Below, one piece after another: positions 46,876-56,219 of a stretch of 64,000 nt of DNA (positions are counted from its first letter, which is position 1; each line of letters opens with the position of its first letter). The position numbers were made by a program, and so were the translations under genes. The DNA is from an uncultured archaeon (lineage in GTDB: Archaea; Thermoproteota; Nitrososphaeria; Nitrososphaerales; Gagatemarchaeaceae), in NCBI GenBank assembly GCA_963817525.1, contig CAWFOU010000001.1, positions 704,001 to 768,000 of the forward strand. Direction: 5' to 3'. The notes beneath the pieces are model-generated. The model worked only from the letters and a program-made list of their open reading frames with translations, searched no databases and was not told the DNA's origin.

Positions 46876-47901
46876 CTACCTGACCCCAGAGAACGAGTTC
46901 GCTATGGAGTGCAGGTGGGTGTCGACCAGCTTCTGGGCGAGGGCTCCCCCGATCTTGACCGGGACGACCTCGTTGCCCTTGAGCGCGACCATCACCCCGA
47001 ACTTGCCCTGCTTGATCATCTCCGCGGCGGCGACCCCGAACCTGGTGGCGAGGACGCGGTCGTAGGCACTGGGCGCCCCTCCCCTCACTATGTGGCCTAG
47101 CACCACCTCGCGCGTCTCCAGCCCGGTCCTCTTCTCGATCTCCTTGGCGATGAGCTGCCCCACCCCGCCGAGGATCGGGTTCCCGAACGCGTCGACGGCG
47201 CCGCCCTTGGTCACCTTGGTTCCCTTGGCCTTGGCGCCCTCGGCGACGACCACGAGCGAGAACCTTTTCCCGCTCTTCCACCTCTTGGTAAGCGTCTTGC
47301 AGACTTCGGCGATGTCGAAGGGCTTCTCCGGGAGCAGGACGACGTGCGCGCCCGAGGCTATCCCCGCGTATGCGGCGACCCAGCCCGCGTCCCTGCCCAT
47401 CACCTCGACGACGATGACCCTCTCGTGCGACAAGCCCGTCGTCTTGACCCTGTCGATGCACTCCACCGCCACGTTGACCGCGGAGTCGAACCCGAAGGTA
47501 AAGTCGGTGCTAGAGAGGTCGTTGTCCATGGTCTTGGGGACGCCCACCACCTTGATCCCCATCTCGGAGAGCTTGTGGGCGACGCCGAGCGTGTCGTTCC
47601 CGCCTATCGCCACGAGGCAGTCCAGCCCGAGCTTCTTGATGCTCGCGACCACCTTCTCCGGGCCTCCCTCCATCTTGAACGGGTTGGTCCTCGAGGTGAG
47701 GAGGAACGTCCCCCCTACGCCGACGAGCTCGTCTACCATCTCGTAGGTTATCTTCCTGCCTGCCGGCTCGATGAGCCCCTTCCACCCGCGCTCGATGCCG
47801 ACGACCTCGTAGCCGTATTTCTCAGCGCGAGCCACCAGCCCGCGGATCGTGGCGTTCAGGCCTGCGCAGTCCCCGCCGCCCGTCAATACACCGATCTTCA
47901 T
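46876..47901 (-). CDS. PfkA-family phosphofructokinase, PPi-type signature
   Basis: LTGGGD, GGNDT, PKTMDND, VEVMGR, LGHIVRGG. Confidence 0.93.
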   Translation of the reverse strand: MKIGVLTGGGDCAGLNATIRGLVARAEKYGYEVVGIERGWKGLIEPAGRKITYEMVDELVGVGGTFLLTSRTNPFKMEGGPEKVVASIKKLGLDCLVAIGGNDTLGVAHKLSEMGIKVVGVPKTMDNDLSSTDFTFGFDSAVNVAVECIDRVKTTGLSHERVIVVEVMGRDAGWVAAYAGIASGAHVVLLPEKPFDIAEVCKTLTKRWKSGKRFSLVVVAEGAKAKGTKVTKGGAVDAFGNPILGGVGQLIAKEIEKRTGLETREVVLGHIVRGGAPSAYDRVLATRFGVAAAEMIKQGKFGVMVALKGNEVVPVKIGGALAQKLVDTHLHSIANSFSGVR

Positions 47902-47954
47902 GGTTTCTAGACGACCGGAGAAAACCGTGCTGTTATAATCGTTAACGTGCCTTC

Positions 47955-48990
47955 AGGCGTGTCGAATAACCCGACGATGCGCCATTTCTCGCCTCCAGGT
48001 CTTTCTGGCCTGCGTCCTCGCTACGGGTTCATCCCCACGAACAGGTTGTAGACGGACGCCTTGAGGAGCAGCTCGTTCACTATGCTGCTCCACTTCACGG
48101 ACGTTATGTGCTCCCCGAACGTCCTCTTGAAGGACGATATCGCGGACTCGACCCTCGCCCTGTTCCCGTACCCGCGCCTCGTCTTCCATCTCTCGTAGTC
48201 TCTCAGCTGCTCCATCGCTACGAGCTTCCTGGGCATGCACCCGTGCGCGTGCATCGAGGCGTTCTTCCTTACCTTGATGACGGGCTCTATCCCCTTGCGG
48301 TCGAGGTACCTGAAGATCTCCCTCGAGTCGTACGCGCCGTCACCCATCGCCCTCGTGACGTTCGCGCTCGACGACGCCCCCTCCACCAGAGGGACGAGCA
48401 TCCTCCCATCAGGGACGTCCTCCTTGGTCACCTCCATCGAGAGTATCTTCCCCGTCTTCACATCGACGGCGAGGTGGGCCTTGATGAACCCCCTCTTCAC
48501 CGCCCACTTCTGCCGTATCCACTCCCCGCGGTTCGAGACCTTGATGCCAGTGGAGTCAACCGCTATGGTGACGTCCTTTTCTGGGTCTACGTCCGGGTCG
48601 AGCTCGATCTTTACTCGCGATATCCTCCACCACATCGTGGTGTAGTCTGGGACCTTGAGGCCTTCTACGTGCCCCGCGAACATCCGGAGGAACCCTTCCA
48701 GCTCCCGGTACGGGAGCAGGTACACGTGGATGGCCGCGAGCATACTCATTAATGAGGCGGGATAGCGGTATCTTGCGCCCTCCTTCCCCTCGTTGAGCTT
48801 CCCTAGTTCTCTGCTCCATCCAGATAAAAAATCGGTGTCGAAGAGGAGCTCTCCCCTCCTCACGAGCGACTCGTTGTACTCCTTCCAGTTGCGCTTCTTC
48901 TTCTCGGGCATGAGAGAGTTGGATTCTCTCAATCCCATGAGAGAGCGGATGAAAGAAGCTTGACAGAGGAGTTAGTTATTCGACACAGTT
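47955..48990 (-). mobile_element. IS5-family element (ISH1-like), 1036 bp
   Basis: TIRs AGGCGTGTCGAATAAC / AACTGTGTCGAATAAC; 8-bp TSD GTGCCTTC at 47947-47954 and 48991-48998. Confidence 0.93.
48021..48938 (-). CDS. IS5-family DDE transposase, intact
   Basis: RNWKEYNESLVRRG, PDYTT, AVDSTG, GDGAYD, Y..R..VESAIS.FK. Confidence 0.95.
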   Translation of the reverse strand: MGLRESNSLMPEKKKRNWKEYNESLVRRGELLFDTDFLSGWSRELGKLNEGKEGARYRYPASLMSMLAAIHVYLLPYRELEGFLRMFAGHVEGLKVPDYTTMWWRISRVKIELDPDVDPEKDVTIAVDSTGIKVSNRGEWIRQKWAVKRGFIKAHLAVDVKTGKILSMEVTKEDVPDGRMLVPLVEGASSSANVTRAMGDGAYDSREIFRYLDRKGIEPVIKVRKNASMHAHGCMPRKLVAMEQLRDYERWKTRRGYGNRARVESAISSFKRTFGEHITSVKWSSIVNELLLKASVYNLFVGMNP

Positions 48991-49038
48991 GTGCCTTCGG
49001 TTAATTTATATGGTCGGCCTCGGCGCGCCGAGGTCAAC

Positions 49039-49830
49039 ATGAACAACCGAGACTTCGCCGCGCCGTTCCTGAAGAACGGGCGCTGTTTGATCCTGGCGTA
49101 TGACCAGGGGTTGGAGCACGGGCCTACCGAGGACTTCAACGACCGGAACGCCGACCCGGCGTTCATCGTAGACATAGCCAACAAGGGTGGCTACACGGGG
49201 TTAGCGCTTCAGAAGGGGACCGCCGAGAAGTACTACGACGGAAAGACGCCCCTGATACTCAAGCTCAACGGCAAGAGCGTATTGGTGAAGGCCGAGCCCA
49301 TCTCGAGGCAGCACTGCTCGGTAAAGTACGCGCACGAGCTCGGCGCCAAGGGAGTCGGGTACACGATATTCCTCGGCAGCGGGCGCGAGTCGGAGATGGT
49401 CGCCGAATGGGGGCACATCCAGGAGGAGGCCCACGCCCTAGGGATGGGCGCAATCCTTTGGGTCTACCCAAGGGGCACGGGAGTCCCGACGGACACCAAC
49501 CCTGACATCGTGGCCTACGCCGCTCGCGCGGGCCTCGAGTTCGGGGCGGACATCGTCAAGATAAAGTACAGCGGCGACGCGAAGTCCTTCGCTTGGGCGG
49601 TCAAGTGCGCCGGCAAGGCCAAGGTCGTGATGTCGGGAGGGCCCAAGACCCCGACCGACGAGGGATTCCTCTCGCAGGTGAGCGGAACCATCGAGGCCGG
49701 AGGCGCAGGGCTGGCCGTGGGAAGGAACGTCTGGCAGCACCCGGAGCCGCTCAAGATTTCCGAGGCCCTCCGCAAGATCATCTTCGAGACAAAGGCCGTC
49801 ACGCCAGCGATGTCGTCTATCTCGCGATAG
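49039..49830 (+). CDS. fba: Class I (archaeal-type) fructose-bisphosphate aldolase
   Basis: LAYDQGLEHGP, WVYPRG, GADIVKIKY, SGGPK, VGRNVWQ. Confidence 0.92.
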   Translation: MNNRDFAAPFLKNGRCLILAYDQGLEHGPTEDFNDRNADPAFIVDIANKGGYTGLALQKGTAEKYYDGKTPLILKLNGKSVLVKAEPISRQHCSVKYAHELGAKGVGYTIFLGSGRESEMVAEWGHIQEEAHALGMGAILWVYPRGTGVPTDTNPDIVAYAARAGLEFGADIVKIKYSGDAKSFAWAVKCAGKAKVVMSGGPKTPTDEGFLSQVSGTIEAGGAGLAVGRNVWQHPEPLKISEALRKIIFETKAVTPAMSSISR

Positions 49831-49897
49831 ACGAGACGACCTCTCTCCTCTCGCGGCCAGGAAGAAAGGATAAAGAGGGAGAGGACTCGGCGAGACT

Positions 49898-50283
49898 TTG
49901 GAGGAGCGAGGCCCTCGAAGATATTCATCATCGACATCGACGGGACCATCTCCGAGCACATCAGGAACGAGGACGGGATAGAGAGGATGAGGGTCGCGAA
50001 GCCCTACCCGGATGTCATCCTGGAGATCAACAAGTGGTACGAGCTGGGGCACTACATCTGCTTCTTCACCGCTCGGACGACCGAGCACGAGCCGGTGACG
50101 CGGGAATGGCTCAAGAAGCACAATGTCTCGTACCACCAGCTCATCATGAACAAGCCGAGGAAGCTCCCTCCGTACACCGAGTACCACTTCATCGACGACG
50201 CGCACGTGAAGGCGACCACCTTCAAGGGAAAGATCACACCCTTCGTAAGGAAGAAGGTGGAGATCGAGGTCTTCGAGGAATAG
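49898..50283 (+). CDS. HAD-like phosphatase with apparent 5' frameshift or no in-frame start
   Basis: IFIIDIDGT at 49921 lies upstream of the first in-frame ATG; FTAR, MNKPR, FIDD motifs. Confidence 0.75.
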
Positions 50284-50336
50284 CCGCGTATCGCCACCGA
50301 GAGCGTTTTATACTCAAATCCGGCATCGTGAAGGGC

Positions 50337-50639
50337 GTGTCCCTCCCGAAGCTCCAAACGGGGCTTGAAAAACTGGAAGCACAGATTTCCGAGATGCATT
50401 CCGAGGTCAGGCGGATATCGGAGCAGATTCGGACCAACAGGGGCGAGACGAACACGAAGTTCGAGTCCACGGCGCAGGACCAGCAGGCGAAGCATACCGC
50501 CGTCCGGTCCGACCTAGGGGCGGTGCGAGGCGACCTCAACACCATGAGGTCGGAGACTTCGATGAAGCTGAACTCCCTCGAGAAGCGGCTCATGGGGCTC
50601 GAAGAGAGCCTGAAGAGCCTCGAGAAGAGCCTAAAGTGA
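50337..50639 (+). CDS. Coiled-coil hypothetical protein
   Basis: Heptad pattern; GTG about 25 nt after TTTTATAC. Confidence 0.6.
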   Translation: MSLPKLQTGLEKLEAQISEMHSEVRRISEQIRTNRGETNTKFESTAQDQQAKHTAVRSDLGAVRGDLNTMRSETSMKLNSLEKRLMGLEESLKSLEKSLK

Positions 50640-50643
50640 GGCT

Positions 50644-50910
50644 CTAGGTCCCGGAGTAGGTTCCCCGGGCCTCGACCGGGGTCAGGCATTCGACCGCGAC
50701 GAAACCGCACCTCACGCAGATGGCCAGGACCTTCGGCACCAGAGAGAGATTCTTGACGTAGTCCCACTCGAGCTTGTCCAGGTCGTCGGGGACGATGACA
50801 GGAGGGTTCTCGAGGAAGTCGAGGTTCGTGCCGCAGTTCGGGCACGCCTTTCCGATGAGGGCGAGGGTGGAACTCGGCTTGCTCCTCTCCGCTGGCTGCT
50901 CGGCTTTCAA
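50644..50910 (-). CDS. Small zinc-ribbon protein
   Basis: CPNCG...CVRCG. Confidence 0.65.
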   Translation of the reverse strand: MKAEQPAERSKPSSTLALIGKACPNCGTNLDFLENPPVIVPDDLDKLEWDYVKNLSLVPKVLAICVRCGFVAVECLTPVEARGTYSGT

Positions 50911-50962
50911 CTCGCCCGCCTAGACCGATCTTGCGCCGTCGCGATAAAAAGTTCCGCGGCGA

Positions 50963-51910
50963 CTACTTGCTGAGCAGTCTCCACGACATCACGATGCCCA
51001 CGACGGAGAAGAACGCCGCGAACCCTATGGCGACGGAGAAGTCGACCCACAGCGCGTACGTCCCTGTCGCCCCTATCAGGAGTTGGCGTATCGCGTCGAT
51101 GCAGTAGCTGATTGGGTTGACCTTCACCACGTCCTGGAGCCACGCGGGCATTATCTTGACCGGGAAGAGGGCGTTGCTCGCGAATAGCAGCGGGAGGTTG
51201 AGGAGGTTGATTATGGCCATCTGGGTCTGCCAGTTGCTCGACCTCAGCGAGAGCATGACGAACAGGCCCGAGAGCCCCATCGCCACCAGGAAGATGACCA
51301 CGAAGGTCCCGGCGATCCCGAGGACGCTGAGGTGGCTCGTGTCCATGCCCAGGGCTATGCCGATGAAAAGGACGACCACGGCCTGGATGAGCGAACGCCC
51401 CACGCTCTGGAAGATCTTCGCCATCACGATGGTTCCCCTGCTGATCGGCGTGCTCAGCGCCTTGTTCATGAAGCCGAACCTCCTGTCCCAGACCACAGAC
51501 ATCCCGCTGAACGCCGAGTTGAAGACGACGATGAACACGAGCATCCCACACACGAGGTACGAGAAGTAGCTCGTCGTCCCGAAGAAGCTCAGGAGGGCCG
51601 CGTTTACCGCGGCCTGGCTCGCCCCGCTCGCCCCTGCCCCCGCGGTGATGAAGGAGCCGAAGTTCAGGGCCTTGCCGAACAGTCCCATCCATATCACAGG
51701 CTGGATGAGGGAGATGATGAGCTGGTACGGGTTCGTGTACCACTTCCTCAGGTCCCGTTTGGTGAGCGCCCACAGGCCGTGCATGGGACTCTTGTTGATC
51801 TTCGGGGTAGGCATGGACACGACGTCGTGGGTGGCCGGCGCTGCGGTCGGCTCCAGCTTCGCGTCCTGCGCCGCCGCCTCCTTGATTGTCGACCTTTCGC
51901 TCTCTACCAA
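50963..51910 (-). CDS. ABC-2 exporter permease (DrrB-like)
   Basis: WDRRFGFM..TPISR, PLLFASNALFP, NPISY. Confidence 0.93.
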   Translation of the reverse strand: MVESERSTIKEAAAQDAKLEPTAAPATHDVVSMPTPKINKSPMHGLWALTKRDLRKWYTNPYQLIISLIQPVIWMGLFGKALNFGSFITAGAGASGASQAAVNAALLSFFGTTSYFSYLVCGMLVFIVVFNSAFSGMSVVWDRRFGFMNKALSTPISRGTIVMAKIFQSVGRSLIQAVVVLFIGIALGMDTSHLSVLGIAGTFVVIFLVAMGLSGLFVMLSLRSSNWQTQMAIINLLNLPLLFASNALFPVKIMPAWLQDVVKVNPISYCIDAIRQLLIGATGTYALWVDFSVAIGFAAFFSVVGIVMSWRLLSK

Positions 51911-51925
51911 ACCAATCTACCCCGC

Positions 51926-52960
51926 TTAGGACCTCGCGGTCGACATCGTCCTTCTCTGGCTCATCATGGCCCACCTGTTGGTCTCCTCTTCCCTCAGGGT
52001 GCGGCCGGTGAGCTCGAGGTACGCCTCGTCGAGGGTCGGCCTCGAGAGCGAAATCTTCGAGACGTGGAGCCCCTTGGACCGGATGAGGTCGATTATCGCC
52101 GGGGTGGCCTCCGCTCCGTCGTCCGCTTTTATGCGGTAGTCGTTCCCCGTCTTGGTGACGTCCTTCACCAGGTCTACCTTCGCTATCTCTGGCGAGAGGT
52201 CGGCGCCCGCCTCTTTCACCCCGAGGAGGATCACGTCTCCGCCGACGCTGGCCTTGAGCTCGTCTGGGGTCCCTATTTTCACGATGTGCCCGTGGTCGAT
52301 GATCGCGATCCTGTCGCAGAGGGAGTCAGCCTCCTCGAGGTAGTGGGTGGTCAGGAAGAGCGTCATGTTGTAGTCCTGCTTGAGCTGGCGGATGTACTTC
52401 CAGACCGCGGTGCGCGTCTGGACGTCGAGGCCCAAGGTGGGCTCGTCCAGGAAGAGCAGCTTAGGGTAGTTGATGAGGCCGCAGGCCAGCTCGAGCCTCC
52501 TGCGCATCCCTCCCGAGAAGGTGCTGACCTTCCTCTTCGCGGCGTCCTGGAGCTCAACGAGCTGGAGGAGCTCTGCTGCGTGGCGCGTCGAGTCGCTACG
52601 CGGAATCCCATACATGTCCCCGCAGAGGATGATGTTCTCGTAGCCGGTCATGTCCTCGTCCGCCGTATAGTCTTGTGGGACGACCCCCACATTCCTCCGG
52701 ACGTCGTTCGCCTGCTTGTGGACGTCGTAGCCGCAGACCTCGGCCCTGCCCGAGGTGGGGGGGAGGAGCGTCGTGAGCATGTTGATGGTGGTGCTCTTCC
52801 CCGCGCCGTTGGGCCCGAGGAACCCGAAGATCTCCCCCTGCCTGATCTCGAAGCTGATGTTGTCCACCGCTCTTTGCTGCCCGAAGCTCTTAGAGAGCCC
52901 CTCCACCTTGACTATCGGGGAGCTACTGTCCCCGCCCGTCTTGCTTTGCTCGGTGATCAT
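51926..52960 (-). CDS. ABC exporter ATPase (DrrA-like)
   Basis: GPNGAGKS, FSGGM, LFLDEPT, TTHY. Confidence 0.96.
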   Translation of the reverse strand: MITEQSKTGGDSSSPIVKVEGLSKSFGQQRAVDNISFEIRQGEIFGFLGPNGAGKSTTINMLTTLLPPTSGRAEVCGYDVHKQANDVRRNVGVVPQDYTADEDMTGYENIILCGDMYGIPRSDSTRHAAELLQLVELQDAAKRKVSTFSGGMRRRLELACGLINYPKLLFLDEPTLGLDVQTRTAVWKYIRQLKQDYNMTLFLTTHYLEEADSLCDRIAIIDHGHIVKIGTPDELKASVGGDVILLGVKEAGADLSPEIAKVDLVKDVTKTGNDYRIKADDGAEATPAIIDLIRSKGLHVSKISLSRPTLDEAYLELTGRTLREEETNRWAMMSQRRTMSTARS

Positions 52961-53580
52961 TCTCGCATGACCCTTGATCTCGCGCCATACCGCAATCCCG
53001 GCGAGGCGGGCCTTTGCCTGAGGCCCCTGAGCTGGCCCTGGGTCCAGTCCAGCTGCCTCTCCAGGTTCAACGAGTACTCGCGTAGCATAAAGTCCATGTC
53101 GTTGCGGGAGATCGAGTCCCTCCTCGCCTCCATCAACTCCTTTGTCATCTCGAACTGCTTCTTCGAGCCCTCGACAAACATGCTGCTGAAGCCGGCGGGA
53201 TCGAGGAGGTCGTAGAAGAGCCGCCGCATCGCCGCCCATCTCTCCCAAGAGATTGCGAACATCTGGCCTCGCTCCTTCATCTCGTCCAGGCCCTTGGACG
53301 TGATGCTGTACACTCGGCGGTTGTCCGAAGAGCCCCTCTGGTCGGTTATGATGTAGCCGTCCGCGAGGAGCCTCTTGAGCACCGGGTAGACGGAGCCCAC
53401 GCCAGGCCTCCATGTCCCGTTGGTCTTCCCCTCGATATCCTGCAGTATCTCGTAGCCGTGCTTCGGCTTGACGGAGATGCTGTGGAGGATGTAGTGAAGC
53501 AGAAGCCCCCTCGGCGCTCCCTTCAGTTCCGTGAGCGGAGCGCAGTCATTCGCCACTGACTTGGTCTTGCGGACAGACAT
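52957..53580 (-). CDS. PadR-family regulator
   Basis: PKHGYEI...GSVYPVLKRL...RRVYSITSKG. Confidence 0.92.
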   Translation of the reverse strand: MSVRKTKSVANDCAPLTELKGAPRGLLLHYILHSISVKPKHGYEILQDIEGKTNGTWRPGVGSVYPVLKRLLADGYIITDQRGSSDNRRVYSITSKGLDEMKERGQMFAISWERWAAMRRLFYDLLDPAGFSSMFVEGSKKQFEMTKELMEARRDSISRNDMDFMLREYSLNLERQLDWTQGQLRGLRQRPASPGLRYGARSRVMRE

Positions 53581-53661
53581 TGACGGGCGGCGTCCGGCCG
53601 AGGATTATTTACGTATATCGCGTTTGATATAGTGAAGATAGTGAACGCGGAGGGGCCACGG

Positions 53662-56016
53662 TCAGGGCGCGAAGGAAGGAGGCGCATCTTGCGGGCTGCT
53701 GCCCCAGCTCGAGGCGTTGGCGCCCAAGGTAAAGTCGAGAGTCGCTCCGCCTTGTACGGCGGACCACGGAAGCCACAGACTGCTCGTCGGGTTTCCGTCG
53801 AGATCGAGGCTCTGCACGTATGGGTTGCCGACCGCGGCGTTCGTCGCGTCGACCTGGAGCATGCGCCCTCCGGAGAGGCTGACCGTCATCGAGGAGAAGA
53901 GCGGGCTGCCGATCACAAAACCCCCGACCCCGGGGATCTCGGGGTAGAGTCCCATCGCGGCGAAGATGTACCAGGAGGACATCTCTCCGCCGTCGTCGTT
54001 CCCGGGCATGCCACCTGGAGTGTCTGACCAGAGCTGGGTCTCGATCTCCCTGACGACCTCCTGGGTCTGCGCGGGGGCCTGGGCGAAGTCGTACTCCCAA
54101 GGGACCTCGACGGTGGGCTCGTCGCCAATCCAGCAGTACATGCTCGACGGCCCGGCGTTCAGCGCGGTGAGGAAGTTGTCGAGACGCGCGACCGCCGTCG
54201 AGTTGCCGCCCATGAGGTTGAACAGACCGGCAAGGTCGAACGGGACCATCCAAGTGTACTGCGCCGAGTCGCCCTCCTCGTAGCCGTTCTCGCTCGTGGG
54301 AGAGAACCCCTGCCCCCAGCTCCCGTTCGCGTCCCTGGGCTGGACGAATCCGCTAGCTGTGTCGAAGACGTTCTCCCAGTCGGCCGACCGCTGAAGGTAA
54401 GTGTTGTAGTAGCCAGTGTCACCGAGGGCATTCGCGAACTGGGCGATCGCAAAGTCGTCGGTGGCGTATTCCAGCGTCTCGGACGCGGTGGCGAGACCTA
54501 GGAGGGTGTCGTTGGGAAGGTACCCCAGCTTGACGTAGTACGAGTAGCCTTCGCGCTCCTGAGACTGCCCGTTGACCATGGCCTGAAGGGCCGCCGCGGC
54601 ATCGAAGTTGGTGGCTCCGAACGCGTAGGCGTCCTCTATCAGCGGGTCACCGTCGTCGCCGCTCATCCCGTGGGAGTCGGCGTTGGCCTGCTCCCAGCGC
54701 GGGAGGGCGCCGTCCCCCTGCTGCGCATCGTTGACGAGCGACTGGGCGATGTCGCTCGCGATGGACGGAGCCAGGATAGAGAGGAACTGCATGTGGGTGC
54801 GGTAGTCATCCCAGCTGTTGATGTTCTCGAACTGGACGTGGCCCGCAGTCACCGTGTGCACCTTCCCGTCGAATCCGATGTACTGTCCGTTGGCGTCGCT
54901 GAAGATGTTGGGCTGGAAGAACGAGTGGTATAGAGCGGTGTAGAGGGTCACGGTCTGGTTCTGCGTCCCTCCCTGCACATGGACGGTGTTCAGCAGGTCG
55001 TTCCACATGGATGCGGTGCTCTCCGCCACGGAGGTGAGGTTGAAGTCTGCGTATTCCGCGGCGAGGTTGAGCTTGGCGTTCGCCACGCTCACGAAGGAGA
55101 TCGCCACCTGGACGTCGACCACCGGGTTCGACATGGTGTCGAAAACGAGGAAGGCGCCGACGTTCTGCCCTTGGCTGCCGCTGTAACTGGGGTAGAGCTT
55201 CGCCGCATTCCAGACGCCGTAGCTCGAGAACGGGCGGTCGAACTTGGCCGCGAAGTAGATCTCATAGGGGTTGCTGCCGCAGCCCACCGTGCTCCCGGCC
55301 AAGCCCGTCACCTCATCCTGCGCGGGGATGACGGTCACGTTGGAGTTGGTGTTCCCATTCACGCTGCCCCCGGCGTTGATTATCATGGTCGAGGAGATCG
55401 AGGGGGGGTAGACGAACCGCCCCACTCCGGTGTGCGGGGTGGCGCTCAGCTCGGCAGTGACGTTGGGGCCTTCGAGGTGCACCTCGTAGTAGCCTGGGCG
55501 CGCCACCTCGCTGCTGTGCGAGAAGCTGGAGTAGTAGAGCGAGGCGTTGGTCACCGGGGAGACCGTGAAGTCGCCCACGTAAGGCATGAAGGGAACGTCC
55601 TGGTACACCTCGCACCCCCTGCCGCTGAAGTGTGTGAGGCTCAGGTCCTTGATGACAGAGTCGCCGTAGTAGTAGCCCCCCGGAGGATTCGAGATGGTGT
55701 CGGGGCTCCACTGGACCATCCCCATGGGATAGGCCGCCCCGGGGAAGACGTCGCCGTCGCACGCCCCTCCGCACGGGTAGGGGAAGCTGTTCCCCGTGCC
55801 GATGAACGGGTTTACGAACTGGGTGATGTTCTCGGTGGGCGACAGGCCGGTGGGGAAGGCGCTGCTCAGCGAAGATCCTGACGGAGCGCTCACCTCGACG
55901 GAGTTGCTCAGGCTATAGTCCACGACGACCCCGAGGAGCAGCCCGATGACTAGGGCCGCGAGGAAGACTGCGCCGCGCCGCCCGACTCTGCGCGACAAAC
56001 TCCAAAGACCAAGCAC
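53662..56016 (-). CDS. GH92 alpha-mannosidase, N-anchored
   Basis: VNPFIGT, FPGA.YPMGMVQWSPDT, WDDYR, SETLEYA.DD, GDEP, PGNDDGG.MSSW. Confidence 0.94.
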   Translation of the reverse strand: MLGLWSLSRRVGRRGAVFLAALVIGLLLGVVVDYSLSNSVEVSAPSGSSLSSAFPTGLSPTENITQFVNPFIGTGNSFPYPCGGACDGDVFPGAAYPMGMVQWSPDTISNPPGGYYYGDSVIKDLSLTHFSGRGCEVYQDVPFMPYVGDFTVSPVTNASLYYSSFSHSSEVARPGYYEVHLEGPNVTAELSATPHTGVGRFVYPPSISSTMIINAGGSVNGNTNSNVTVIPAQDEVTGLAGSTVGCGSNPYEIYFAAKFDRPFSSYGVWNAAKLYPSYSGSQGQNVGAFLVFDTMSNPVVDVQVAISFVSVANAKLNLAAEYADFNLTSVAESTASMWNDLLNTVHVQGGTQNQTVTLYTALYHSFFQPNIFSDANGQYIGFDGKVHTVTAGHVQFENINSWDDYRTHMQFLSILAPSIASDIAQSLVNDAQQGDGALPRWEQANADSHGMSGDDGDPLIEDAYAFGATNFDAAAALQAMVNGQSQEREGYSYYVKLGYLPNDTLLGLATASETLEYATDDFAIAQFANALGDTGYYNTYLQRSADWENVFDTASGFVQPRDANGSWGQGFSPTSENGYEEGDSAQYTWMVPFDLAGLFNLMGGNSTAVARLDNFLTALNAGPSSMYCWIGDEPTVEVPWEYDFAQAPAQTQEVVREIETQLWSDTPGGMPGNDDGGEMSSWYIFAAMGLYPEIPGVGGFVIGSPLFSSMTVSLSGGRMLQVDATNAAVGNPYVQSLDLDGNPTSSLWLPWSAVQGGATLDFTLGANASSWGSSPQDAPPSFAP

Positions 56017-56219
56017 GCCCCGCGTTATATAATTCTAGAGAGCGACCATCTTCCCTCTCCTGTGCGTGTTCTCGCTATCGTGAGGCGCCTCGGAAGACAG
56101 CTCGACCAAGAGAGATTCAGCTGTAGACAAACCCGCGACACGAGAACAAGCGCACTTCGACCGATGTCTTGGTAAATTCGGCCCGAGGACTTAATTTGCT
56201 CTGACCGCACTGGCGCGGC

